Source: Methanopyrus kandleri AV19
GTDB lineage: Archaea > JAADCQ01 > Methanopyri > Methanopyrales > Methanopyraceae
Direction: 5' to 3'
DNA: 32,000 bases
Assembly: GCF_000007185.1 (NCBI RefSeq)
Contig: NC_003551.1
Span: 1,560,001-1,592,000 of the forward strand
Part shown: piece after piece, positions 6,617-14,916 of the stretch
How the letters are laid out: each line of letters opens with the position of its first letter
Numbering within the stretch: position 1 is the stretch's first letter
Program-made: the position numbers and the translations under genes
The notes under the pieces: model-generated
Told to the model about the DNA's origin: nothing
Seen by the model: only the letters and a program-made list of their open reading frames with translations
Database searches by the model: none

Positions 6617-7199
6617 CCGGACCTATACTCACTACCGGCTCCGGAATTTCAGTAGGGTCCACGTTCTCGAGGAAGCACCGCGCGGTGAACGCGCTCAGGA
6701 AGCATACCACGTCGAACTTCCTCGGGTTCACCTCAACGCGTTTGGGTTTGAGGTCGTACATCTCCAACTCCTCGGCCTTGACCCCGTAAGACTCGAGCGT
6801 CCTTCTCAGGTCCTCCGTCCTCCGTCTGGAACGGAGCGCCAACACGGCACCGTATTGACGGAGTTCTTCGGCTAACTTTCCGGTCGTATATTCGGTAGGC
6901 ATCACATCTACGCGCAGTCCAGCTCGTTCGAGCGCCTCGCGCGTTCTGGGACCGACGGCAGCTATATCGACATCCGAGCGTCGTAGTTCTTTCACCTCTT
7001 CCTCGGAAAGGAACTCGACGGTGCGCGGGCTGGTGAAAGCTACCGCGTCGTACTCGGACAGTAACCCGGCACTTATCTTAGGACGGTCCAGCGATACGAG
7101 CTCGACAGGACACACGACTTCAGCGTCTAGGTCGACCTTCTTGAAGGCTTGAACCGTCTCCCTCTCGAGACCCGGTGCCCTGACGACCAGAGCCCTCAA
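6513..7199 (-). CDS. hemD: uroporphyrinogen-III synthase
   Basis: Two-lobed HemD pattern (AVAFTSPRTVEFL, AAVGPRTREALERAG, VSIGPVTTKELRRAG). TTG start 7199 overlaps the srp19 stop (TTGA), with GGAGCGGAGAG upstream. Confidence 0.8.
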   Translation of the reverse strand: MRALVVRAPGLERETVQAFKKVDLDAEVVCPVELVSLDRPKISAGLLSEYDAVAFTSPRTVEFLSEEEVKELRRSDVDIAAVGPRTREALERAGLRVDVMPTEYTTGKLAEELRQYGAVLALRSRRRTEDLRRTLESYGVKAEELEMYDLKPKRVEVNPRKFDVVCFLSAFTARCFLENVDPTEIPEPVVSIGPVTTKELRRAGLKVVEAEEHTVEAVAKTALRVIEA

Positions 7200-7507
7200 C
7201 TTTCTCTCCGCTCCTTCAGCTTCTCGGCGATCATGAGGAGGGTTTTCCGCTTCGATTCGACCTTATCCACGATCAGCCTTCCCTTGTCGTCCCACCACCG
7301 CTTCGGGTACCGCTTGTCGCGCTGGACCTTCGGGTTCAGTCCTAGCTTCTCCGCGATGTGACGGAGCTCGGTGAGCCGAGGGTTCCTGACGGCTAACCGT
7401 TTCGGGACTTTGCGTCCTTCGGACCTCGACCGGTCGGCGTCGAAGTACGCCGGCCACACTACGATCCTGTCTTTACCCTTCAACTTGACCGTCGGAGTCT
7501 CGGCCAC
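7196..7507 (-). CDS. srp19: signal recognition particle 19 kDa protein
   Basis: IVVWPAYFDADRSRSEGRKVPKRLAV..P...EL..IAEKLGL is the SRP19 signature. GTG 7507 has GAGGGGGA 8 nt upstream. Upstream track codons are R/P-rich and overlap the preceding gene. Confidence 0.88.
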   Translation of the reverse strand: MAETPTVKLKGKDRIVVWPAYFDADRSRSEGRKVPKRLAVRNPRLTELRHIAEKLGLNPKVQRDKRYPKRWWDDKGRLIVDKVESKRKTLLMIAEKLKERRES

Positions 7508-8744
7508 GGTTCGTCCCCCTCGGGAGCGCTGGCACAATCGGTACCAAGGGAATCTTCCTTCGTTTTGAGGACGTTGGGGACGCCTGGCTGTTCGCCTCGG
7601 ACTCGTTCTCCTTAGGCTCAACCTCTCCCTCGGCGTTCGAAACCTTAGGTTGTGTGGGCTGGTTCTGGGTTTCGGCCCCGTTCGAATTGGTCGGTTGTGC
7701 GATCTCAACCGCGGTAATTGGTACGGAAAGTATCCGCAGTACGTGAGTACCCACCAGCGGTACCTCCAGCACCTGTCCCTGATAAGCTAGCCACGCGAAC
7801 GGTTCCTTCACCACGCACATCACTGGAACGCCAGCCTCAGCCAGATGTCGACAGATCTCCAGCACGTCGGATAACGTGGAAGCCAGAAACACGTAGAACC
7901 GCACCTTCAACCCGCCACCGACGTCAACGGTCCTCTCCCCCTGGAAGAACTCGTCGAGCCCGGGTGGTAGCTTTCCGTCGGTTGGGATCGGGAAGAACAG
8001 CACGGGCATGGTGGAGGAGTACTGCTCCAGCGGGTTGAAGACGTCCTGGATAGCCCGCGATATGTTCAGCTCCAGTGAGTAAGCGGGCACCAGGTAGTAG
8101 TCGTGCTTCCAGTCGTAGTCCGGTCCCTGAGTCGCGGAGCAATCTTTCACGACGAAGTAGCGTCCGTTGCTCGTCGCACCCATGACCACGACGGCGTGCA
8201 TCATAGGTGGCACGACGACGAACCACCTCGATACCGTGACTAGCGGGGCGTAGAGCACCACTCCGATGGCGTTGGGGTGCTCGGGGTCCGCCGCCAGCGA
8301 GATCAGCGCTGGGAACCACGGTGGGTCCGTGGAGGCGTTGGGAGCATCGTATTGGGGATCCTCGACCGGGATGTTCGTGGTCTTAGCGAACCATTCCTCG
8401 CGCTTCTCGAGGTCTTCCGGGGTCAACTCGTTGCCTGCGATGGGCTTCCACCAACCTTTAGCTACGGCTACGTTGTACAGGGTTAGGGATGCGAGCTCAC
8501 CGCACCACATGTGATCCGGTATCCCGTCCCCATCCACGTCTCTACCGAAGTCGACCTGGTCGTAGTCGGGTTCGGGAACGAGGAAGTGCACCGTTTGGGG
8601 TTTCGAGAACTTAGCCTTGATCACCCCTTCAGCCGTTTTGATGTTGATCGCGGTGAGTTCCCACGTGTACTCCTGTACACTGATGGCATGTGCCGCTCCT
8701 CCCAGCACCATGATAAAGGCCAGGATGGAGAAGGGCCGAAGCAT
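7473..8744 (-). CDS. secreted protein with putative papain-fold (peptidase C39-like) cysteine peptidase core and low-complexity C-terminal tail
   Basis: Signal peptide MLRPFSILAFIMVLGGAAHA. Candidate catalytic Cys in HMWCGELASLTLYNV and His in PPMMHAVVVMGATSNGRYFVVKD, about 100 residues apart as in C39-like peptidases. T/N/Q/E-rich linker near the C-terminus. ATG 8744 has GGGGTGG 5 nt upstream. Confidence 0.6.
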   Translation of the reverse strand: MLRPFSILAFIMVLGGAAHAISVQEYTWELTAINIKTAEGVIKAKFSKPQTVHFLVPEPDYDQVDFGRDVDGDGIPDHMWCGELASLTLYNVAVAKGWWKPIAGNELTPEDLEKREEWFAKTTNIPVEDPQYDAPNASTDPPWFPALISLAADPEHPNAIGVVLYAPLVTVSRWFVVVPPMMHAVVVMGATSNGRYFVVKDCSATQGPDYDWKHDYYLVPAYSLELNISRAIQDVFNPLEQYSSTMPVLFFPIPTDGKLPPGLDEFFQGERTVDVGGGLKVRFYVFLASTLSDVLEICRHLAEAGVPVMCVVKEPFAWLAYQGQVLEVPLVGTHVLRILSVPITAVEIAQPTNSNGAETQNQPTQPKVSNAEGEVEPKENESEANSQASPTSSKRRKIPLVPIVPALPRGTNRGRDSDGQVEG

Positions 8745-8768
8745 GCGGACCACCCCGGGGGATTCGGA

Positions 8769-9284
8769 ATGAAACGGTTCGAGTTAGACGTGGTGTTGCC
8801 GGATAAGCCCGGACAGCTCGTGAAAGTCCTCGAACCGTTGTCGAAAATCGGCGGTAACGTGATCAGTATATCCCATTCGCGAGATGGTGACCGCGCCCGG
8901 GTGCACATAGTGTTCGAGGCCACGGAGGATGTCGCCCGTGAGTACTCGCGGCGCATCAGTGAGTTGGAGGGCGTCAAGATCCTGCGGTTCGGTAGGGGGC
9001 CGGGGCACGAGACGGACGTCGTACTGATAGGACATATCGTAGACACGGATATTAAGGACACGATCGACCGGGTGAACGCTATACAGGGCGCCCGCGTCGT
9101 GGACGTCGACTTGGAGATGCCGGATCCGGAGCGGGAGTCGTCCGCGGGATTCACGCTCATCTACGAAGACGAGGAGGCGCTGAGGAAAGCCGTCCAGACC
9201 ATCGAGGAGATCGCTGAAGAGAAGGATCTTGTGGCCATCTTCCCGGTGGAGGTGATACAGTGCGTCAGGCGCGCCTCTTCGTGA
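8769..9284 (+). CDS. ACT domain-containing (amino-acid-binding regulatory) protein
   Basis: MKRFELDVVLPDKPGQLVKVLEPLSKIGGNVISISH is a classic ACT beta-alpha-beta start, followed by a second ACT-like half. ATG 8769 has GGGGGA 6 nt upstream. It overlaps the hom start by 25 nt, the usual archaeal ACT-hom pairing. Confidence 0.75.
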   Translation: MKRFELDVVLPDKPGQLVKVLEPLSKIGGNVISISHSRDGDRARVHIVFEATEDVAREYSRRISELEGVKILRFGRGPGHETDVVLIGHIVDTDIKDTIDRVNAIQGARVVDVDLEMPDPERESSAGFTLIYEDEEALRKAVQTIEEIAEEKDLVAIFPVEVIQCVRRASS

Positions 9285-10273
9285 TCGGCCTCGGGGCCGT
9301 TGGGCTGGGACTGATGCGACTTCTGGCCAAGAAGCGGGACGCGTACGCCCGGGAGTTCGGCATCGACGTTCGCGTGGTAGGAGTCGCGGATTCTCGAGGT
9401 GTCTGGGTGAAAAACGACCTGGACCCCGCCGAAGTGCTGAAGGTTAAGCAGGAACTGGGTACCGTGGCGGAGGTCGGTGAGAGCGGCGATGCGTTGGAGA
9501 TCATGGAGGACGTGGAGTTCGACGTTCTCGTGGAGCTTACGCCCACCGACATAGAAACGGGCGAGCCCGGTCTATCACACATCATGAAGGCCATAGAGTT
9601 GGGTAGGCACGTGGTAACTGCGAACAAGGGACCACTGGCCGTAGCTTACGGGGAAATCATGGAGGCAGCCGAGGAAGCCGGCGTCGTCGTGCGTTACGAG
9701 GCCACGGCCGGCGGGGCCATGCCCGTGTTCAACCTCGTACGCGAGACGCTGAAGAGTGTGGACATACATTCGATAGAGGGTGTACTCAACGGCACTGTCA
9801 ACTACATCCTCACTAGGATGGAAGAAGAGGGCATATCCCTGAAGGACGCTATCGCCGAGGCGCAATCTCGTGGGATAGCCGAAGCGGATCCGAGTATGGA
9901 CATCGAGGGATGGGATACCGCCTGTAAGGTCGTCATCCTCGCGAACGCCATCTTGGGACTGGACTGCACCATCAAGGACGTGGACGTTACAGGTATCGAG
10001 GACATTACACCCGAGGCCATTCGGATCGCGGAGGAGCGGGGCTACAGGATCAAATTGATCGGTCGAGCGGACAGCGACGGCGAGCTCTCGGTACGTCCGT
10101 GTCTGGTGCCGAAGTCCGACCCTGTGGCCAAGGTGAGAGGCGTCATGAACATCGTGAGACTCGAGACTGACGTAGCGGGAGACATTTACGTGTCGGGTCG
10201 GGGCGCCGGTCCCTTAGAAACCGCTAGCGCCGTCATGAGCGATGTCCTCTCCATCGCCGAGAGCGTTGGTTAG
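9260..10273 (+). CDS. hom: homoserine dehydrogenase
   Basis: N-terminal Rossmann VIGLGAVGLG. Catalytic-domain signature NGTVNYILTRM...AQSRGIAEADPSMDIEGWDTACKVVILAN. GTG 9260 is preceded by a perfect GGAGGTGA. Confidence 0.92.
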   Translation: MRQARLFVIGLGAVGLGLMRLLAKKRDAYAREFGIDVRVVGVADSRGVWVKNDLDPAEVLKVKQELGTVAEVGESGDALEIMEDVEFDVLVELTPTDIETGEPGLSHIMKAIELGRHVVTANKGPLAVAYGEIMEAAEEAGVVVRYEATAGGAMPVFNLVRETLKSVDIHSIEGVLNGTVNYILTRMEEEGISLKDAIAEAQSRGIAEADPSMDIEGWDTACKVVILANAILGLDCTIKDVDVTGIEDITPEAIRIAEERGYRIKLIGRADSDGELSVRPCLVPKSDPVAKVRGVMNIVRLETDVAGDIYVSGRGAGPLETASAVMSDVLSIAESVG

Positions 10274-10323
10274 GGCCGGTCCGAAGTGTTCGACGTGGTG
10301 TTTTCAGGCCGGAACTTAGTCGG

Positions 10324-10848
10324 TCATCTCCATCCTAGGATTTCGAGCAACGCCCTAACTGGGTTCCAAGGAATCCACCCTTCGTCCTCCTCCACGTGTT
10401 CGTCGATGACGTCTAGTATTTCGGCCACGGTGGGGGAGCTACCCAGAGCGCCCTTCATGACCCTCAGAATGTCCCTGGAAAACCTCTCGACCAGCTTCCG
10501 GTCGTGATTAAGCAGGGAATCTACGCAGTAACGCAACGTCGGGGACATACTCTTCAGGGCTTCCACGAACGCATCATCAGGACGTTCGACGGACTTCTTC
10601 ACCGCCTGGGCGAATCCGGGGACGTTCAAATCTATCTCTCGCTTGTAAACGTGAACGTGTTCTAAGCCACGAAACGCCACCAACGCGACGTTTTCGGGGA
10701 TCGGGCTATCGGACAGGCGGAGACCGGTAGCGTACAGCACGGTACCCAGCTCGACGAGCGGCTTTCCTTCGGACTTCCAGGCTTCCTTACCGGAAGCGAG
10801 CTTACCCCCCAAATAGATGGATGCCGCCCCGGCGGTCGCCGTCGTCAT
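10324..10848 (-). CDS. hypothetical protein
   Basis: ORF with native-like composition and no motif recognised. Start ambiguous: GTG 10875, ATG 10866 or ATG 10848. ATG 10848 overlaps the upstream stop as TGATG and has GGGGTGGG upstream. Confidence 0.5.
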   Translation of the reverse strand: MTTATAGAASIYLGGKLASGKEAWKSEGKPLVELGTVLYATGLRLSDSPIPENVALVAFRGLEHVHVYKREIDLNVPGFAQAVKKSVERPDDAFVEALKSMSPTLRYCVDSLLNHDRKLVERFSRDILRVMKGALGSSPTVAEILDVIDEHVEEDEGWIPWNPVRALLEILGWR

Positions 10849-11285
10849 CACCTGTCCCACCCCCATCTTCGACACGTTTCGAGCACCCTTCTAGCGGCCT
10901 CGCGGTCTCCGGGGTCGACTTTTCCTTTATAACCGAGCTTTTCCAGCACGCGCGTGAGGAACGCACGGAGTGTGTCCGGTCTCTCTCCAACGCTCTTGGA
11001 CTCCCGCCCCGTCACCAGCCGGAGAATACCCTTGATCCACGTGTAAGTGACGTGTGCTACGGCCATCAAAGTAGCAACGATTAGACCCACAGTCGGGAGC
11101 AAAGAGGAGAACTGGTGGCCGGTAATCCCGACGTAGATGGCCGCCGCACAGACCGCTAGGTCGGCGACCGTAAACCAGGTGGTGGCTTCGATGGTCCCTT
11201 CCACGACTATCGCGGAGATCAGAGCGATGCCGGCGAGAACGAGACAGACCCCTGCTAACGCTATCCACAGGGTGGTGTGGATCAT
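10848..11285 (-). CDS. hypothetical membrane protein (about 4 TM segments)
   Basis: MIHTTLWIALAGVCLVLAGIALISAIVV..., then further hydrophobic helices and a basic/acidic soluble tail. ATG 11285 is preferred. The track ORF extends to GTG 11408, adding a Ser/Gly/Cys-rich 41-residue extension of doubtful reality. Confidence 0.5.
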   Translation of the reverse strand: MIHTTLWIALAGVCLVLAGIALISAIVVEGTIEATTWFTVADLAVCAAAIYVGITGHQFSSLLPTVGLIVATLMAVAHVTYTWIKGILRLVTGRESKSVGERPDTLRAFLTRVLEKLGYKGKVDPGDREAARRVLETCRRWGWDR

Positions 11286-11503
11286 CGGAGCCCCACATGT
11301 TCGGAAGTTTGGAGGAACGTTAGCTTTTCTCCCCGAGCAGTAATCGCTCGTAAGCCGACCGCTACACCCGCATGCGACGGCGGGTCCGATCGAGCTCGAA
11401 CCGAACACACCTCAAGGACGATACCGCGTCTGGGACGTAAACGCGATCCAACAGTCCGTGATATATGCGCGGGTGGAGGGAACGAAGGGCCGGGATGAAC
11501 CGG

Positions 11504-11908
11504 TTAGCTCTCCCGCTCTACGACCACTTCCTTACTGACGATAGCTGGACCCAAGGTACGGCTCAGGATACACCGGTCGGCACCCTTCTCGGCGATCTTT
11601 CGAGCTTCGTCGGGGTCTGTGTCGTCCTTCAGTTTCACCTTGATCGTGATCTCTATCTCGGTCACCGCCAAGCGGTCCCAGTCCTTCTCCCCGGTCACCT
11701 CCGCCGTCACCTCGGCGTCGATTCCGGCCTTCTCCAACGCATGGCCCGCGTTCATCGTCACGCAGGCGAGGATACCGGCCAAAAAGAGGTGGTAGGGGGT
11801 GACATGTCCAGGTTCGGCCACCTTGCCGCTAACAAGCTCCATCTTCTCTTCCTCGAATTCCACGGTGCACTCACCGTCGCCCAGGAACTCGGCGATAACG
11901 TCCGCCAT
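11504..11908 (-). CDS. OsmC/Ohr family peroxiredoxin-like protein
   Basis: About 134 aa with the two family cysteines in their usual contexts (LAGILACVTMNAG and GADRCILSRTL). ATG 11908 has GGGGT upstream. An alternative TTG 11929 overlaps the upstream stop (TTGA). Confidence 0.75.
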   Translation of the reverse strand: MADVIAEFLGDGECTVEFEEEKMELVSGKVAEPGHVTPYHLFLAGILACVTMNAGHALEKAGIDAEVTAEVTGEKDWDRLAVTEIEITIKVKLKDDTDPDEARKIAEKGADRCILSRTLGPAIVSKEVVVERES

Positions 11909-11925
11909 TCTCGTACCCCGTGAGT

Positions 11926-12834
11926 TCAAGATTTTTTGAAATTTTTAAATGTTTTGAAGTGGTCCTCGATCTCCGCCATGAGCTCACTGTCCACGAGTGT
12001 TCGACCGGCGATTCGAAGGACGGGCTCTTCGATCACCTCGCCAAGCATCGTCACGGGACACCCGCGCTCGGCGCACACGTTGAGGACTTCCTCGACGTCG
12101 TCCGGGGATACGACAGCGAGGACGTTATCCCAGTTCCGAGTGATGGAGGAGTAGGGAACCGAGTTCAAATCCATTCCAACACCGGACTTAGCGCAGACGA
12201 GGGCTGCCATAGCTACGAGACCTCCTTTAGTCACGTCTTTCGCCGCTTTCACCAAACCCCTACGGGCCAACTCGGGGAATGTGTCGAACAAACGGCGTGC
12301 CCTCTCCATCCTCTCCTGGAAACTCCCGTGAATAGGCTCACCTACGAGCAGGACCGAATCTCCGGGCTCGGCCCCGCAGTCCGTGATCGGCTCGGGAGCC
12401 ACGAGCGGTCCCATCACCGTCAGCGATACTTTCGGTTCTTCGACGTCGTCCTCGATCATCGTGTTGCCGCCGAGTATCTCGATACCCAGCGCACGCGCTT
12501 GTCGCCCTATCCGTCTCGCGGCCTCCAGCGCTCCCTTCTCCGTGGGTGCGATGATGGTGTCGACTGCGAATCGGGGCTCCCCTCCGGCCACCAGCACGTC
12601 CGTTGAGGCGTGAACAAGGGCCGACTTCCTCACCAACCGGAACGCGTAGGGGCCGTCGGAGCTGACGACGAGCTTCCCATCCACCCTCACCACGGCCGCA
12701 TCGTCGTAATCGGCTAGACCGACTTCCGCTCGACCGAACTCCGGGAGTAACCTCACCACCTTGACGTCGTCCACGGTGTACCTGAGCACGTGCCGACGCA
12801 GATCTTCATAGGAGGGGGCCCCTCGGGCGCTCAC
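11926..12834 (-). CDS. AIR synthase-related protein (PurM/ThiL/HypE superfamily; possibly the methanogen-specific 'marker protein 2' type)
   Basis: N-domain DYDDAAVVRVDGKLVVSSDG and ...GGNT, with a C-domain carrying AAKDVTKGGL. No SelD Cys/Sec-Gly-x-Lys motif and no HypE PRxC tail. The subfamily cannot be assigned without a search. Confidence 0.75.
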   Translation of the reverse strand: MSARGAPSYEDLRRHVLRYTVDDVKVVRLLPEFGRAEVGLADYDDAAVVRVDGKLVVSSDGPYAFRLVRKSALVHASTDVLVAGGEPRFAVDTIIAPTEKGALEAARRIGRQARALGIEILGGNTMIEDDVEEPKVSLTVMGPLVAPEPITDCGAEPGDSVLLVGEPIHGSFQERMERARRLFDTFPELARRGLVKAAKDVTKGGLVAMAALVCAKSGVGMDLNSVPYSSITRNWDNVLAVVSPDDVEEVLNVCAERGCPVTMLGEVIEEPVLRIAGRTLVDSELMAEIEDHFKTFKNFKKS

Positions 12835-13486
12835 TCCGCCCGTCCCCCGTAAGCTCCTTCTTCACCCTCTCGAGGAGCTCCCGGACCTCCTTCCACGTTT
12901 CGATCCACTGAACCACCGCTGTGGGATTCAATTCGACCGACGTTCGGCTGAGCTCCAGCGGGCGGGGATCCTCTCCTATCCTACGCAGTATGGTCTTGAT
13001 CATTCTCCTGAACTCGCTTCGGTCGAGCTTTTTGGGACCTTCCTGGACGAGCTCTTCCTTCTCGACCTCGTAATATACCACGATTTTTCCATCGGTGAGG
13101 ACCGCGAGGACGTCCTCCGGTCTCACATCCCGTTCTTTGACGAGGTAGGCGAAGTACCTGAGCAGCTGATCACGCGCTTCCTCGAGCCTCCCACCGCTGT
13201 TTAGCTCACCAGGTCTCTTCGTTTCGATTATCACCCGGTCACGGACGAGGATATCGATTCTCCTGGGTCTGTCTTGAAAGGTTCCGACTTCCGACCCGAC
13301 TCCTACCTCCAGCATCACGTCACCAGGACATAGGTCCCCCACCACCTCCAACGCGTCCTCCAAGGTGCGCGCGACCCAGTGCTGTAAGAATTGAGAGGGT
13401 ATCTCCGAGTGTCCAGCGACTTCGACGGCCTCTCGGAACCGCAGGTACAACTCGTCCAGAACATCCAAGAGGGGGGTCCCCCGCAC
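12806..13486 (-). CDS. PD-(D/E)XK nuclease-fold protein, HSDR_N-like (type I restriction R-subunit N-terminal-like) stand-alone domain
   Basis: RPRRIDILVRDRVIIETKRPG...ARDQLLRYFAYL matches the D...(E)xK core followed by the Q..Y helix of HSDR_N-type domains. Start is either GTG 13486 (no SD) or TTG 13468 (GGGGGA 9 nt upstream). Confidence 0.6.
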   Translation of the reverse strand: MRGTPLLDVLDELYLRFREAVEVAGHSEIPSQFLQHWVARTLEDALEVVGDLCPGDVMLEVGVGSEVGTFQDRPRRIDILVRDRVIIETKRPGELNSGGRLEEARDQLLRYFAYLVKERDVRPEDVLAVLTDGKIVVYYEVEKEELVQEGPKKLDRSEFRRMIKTILRRIGEDPRPLELSRTSVELNPTAVVQWIETWKEVRELLERVKKELTGDGRSERPRGPLL

Positions 13487-14383
13487 GTGGGAGGGCTGGA
13501 AGCGTTCCTTGAGATACTCGGACTAGTGTTCGTGGGATACACGTTACGTAAGGTTGGGGTCTTTTCCAAAGATACGCCGTCCCATCTCAACGCGTACGTG
13601 GTTTATCTGGCCATGCCGGCGTTAGTGTTCACCGCGATGTTGAGGGCCCCGATTCAGGGACTACTCCAGCATCTCAAGCTCGTGGTCATCTCGATGTTGC
13701 TGTCGGTCATGTGTGCCCTCATCGGTTTCGCGGTCGCTCGTAAGATGGCCCGCGATCGGCGCGATGCGATGGCTGTTGCCCTAGCCTCGGGGCTGGGGAA
13801 CACCGGGTTTTTGGGGTACCCAGTATGCCTCTCCACGTTCGGGGAACCGGGTCTCGAAGCAGCGGTTTTCTACGACTTCGGGACGACCCTGTCGGTGATA
13901 GCGGCTTACCTGATGCTGTCCTCCCGCCGCGAAAACCCATTGAAGATGAGCCTACGTTTTCCGCCCGCCCATGCCGCCGTCGCGGGAATGTGTTGGGCGG
14001 CTCTCGGGCTTCACCTACCCGATACCATCCGCTCGACTCTGCAGCTGCTGGGACGCTCCGTAGTGCCGGTCATCATGGTCTCACTCGGAGCCTCACTTCG
14101 GTGGGATCTCCCCAAATCCGTCATCAGTGTGATACCGACCGTCTGGGTCGTTAAATTGTGTGCATCGCCGGTAGTGGCGGCGACCATCGCTCCGTCGGGG
14201 TTGGACGGCAAAGTGGCCGTTCTGGAGGCCGCAATGCCTCCAGCCCTGATGAACTTGGTATTGGCGGAGCTCTTGGGACTGAGACCGCACGTGACCGCCG
14301 CCTTGGTGTTCTCGACCACCGTGATATCGCTGGCGACGGTTCCGACGGTGATCTACCTGGTATCGGGTGGGGGCGGAGCGTGA
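13487..14383 (+). CDS. AEC (auxin efflux carrier/Mem_trans) family transporter
   Basis: LEILGLVFVGYTLRKVGVFS...YLAMPALVF, about 10 hydrophobic segments, and the GNTGFLGYP motif. GTG 13487 is needed to keep TM1, with GGGGGG 10 nt upstream. The track ORF start (13391) lies inside the divergent gene. Confidence 0.8.
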   Translation: MGGLEAFLEILGLVFVGYTLRKVGVFSKDTPSHLNAYVVYLAMPALVFTAMLRAPIQGLLQHLKLVVISMLLSVMCALIGFAVARKMARDRRDAMAVALASGLGNTGFLGYPVCLSTFGEPGLEAAVFYDFGTTLSVIAAYLMLSSRRENPLKMSLRFPPAHAAVAGMCWAALGLHLPDTIRSTLQLLGRSVVPVIMVSLGASLRWDLPKSVISVIPTVWVVKLCASPVVAATIAPSGLDGKVAVLEAAMPPALMNLVLAELLGLRPHVTAALVFSTTVISLATVPTVIYLVSGGGGA

Positions 14384-14916
14384 AAGTCCCAACCGTATGT
14401 TATCGGGACGTGCAGCGCTGCGAAACCTCCGATTGGTCCTCCTATGAGGAGTATCTCGACGACGTCCTACGGGAAATAGCCTCGGAAGAGCCGGAAGTGC
14501 TACGGTTTGAGATCGGCGGATGCCGACGAGGTACCCTTCACGCGATCACGGCGTTCGACGTCCTTTTCCGATTGTACCGCAGTAAGCGTAGGGTGGGTAA
14601 GGTGATGATCGACGGCGTCGATGTGACCGGAGTGTTAAAACCTATCTACGAACAGGTATTCTCGAACTACGACATCGTGCGGGCTAAGGTCGGCATCCCA
14701 GAGGGACACCGGCATATTAGGACGGAGATCGAGACCAGGGACGGCCGCAGGATCGTGTTTCAAGAGGCGACCATGTCCAACTTACTCAGGGCGTTCGTAA
14801 CCGTGAAGACCAGGCCGGATGTAGTGTACGTGGAGTTAAAGCGTAAGAAGTTCGACGTCCCGGAGTACGCGGAGTGGCAGCTCATCGAGACTTCAACGCG
14901 TACTCGGCGGCGTTGA
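14380..14916 (+). CDS. hypothetical protein (178 aa)
   Basis: GTG 14380 overlaps the AEC stop (GTGA), with GGGTGGGGG upstream. Composition is native and no family is recognised. The 3' end overlaps the trxB 3' end convergently by 35 nt. Confidence 0.55.
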   Translation: MKVPTVCYRDVQRCETSDWSSYEEYLDDVLREIASEEPEVLRFEIGGCRRGTLHAITAFDVLFRLYRSKRRVGKVMIDGVDVTGVLKPIYEQVFSNYDIVRAKVGIPEGHRHIRTEIETRDGRRIVFQEATMSNLLRAFVTVKTRPDVVYVELKRKKFDVPEYAEWQLIETSTRTRRR

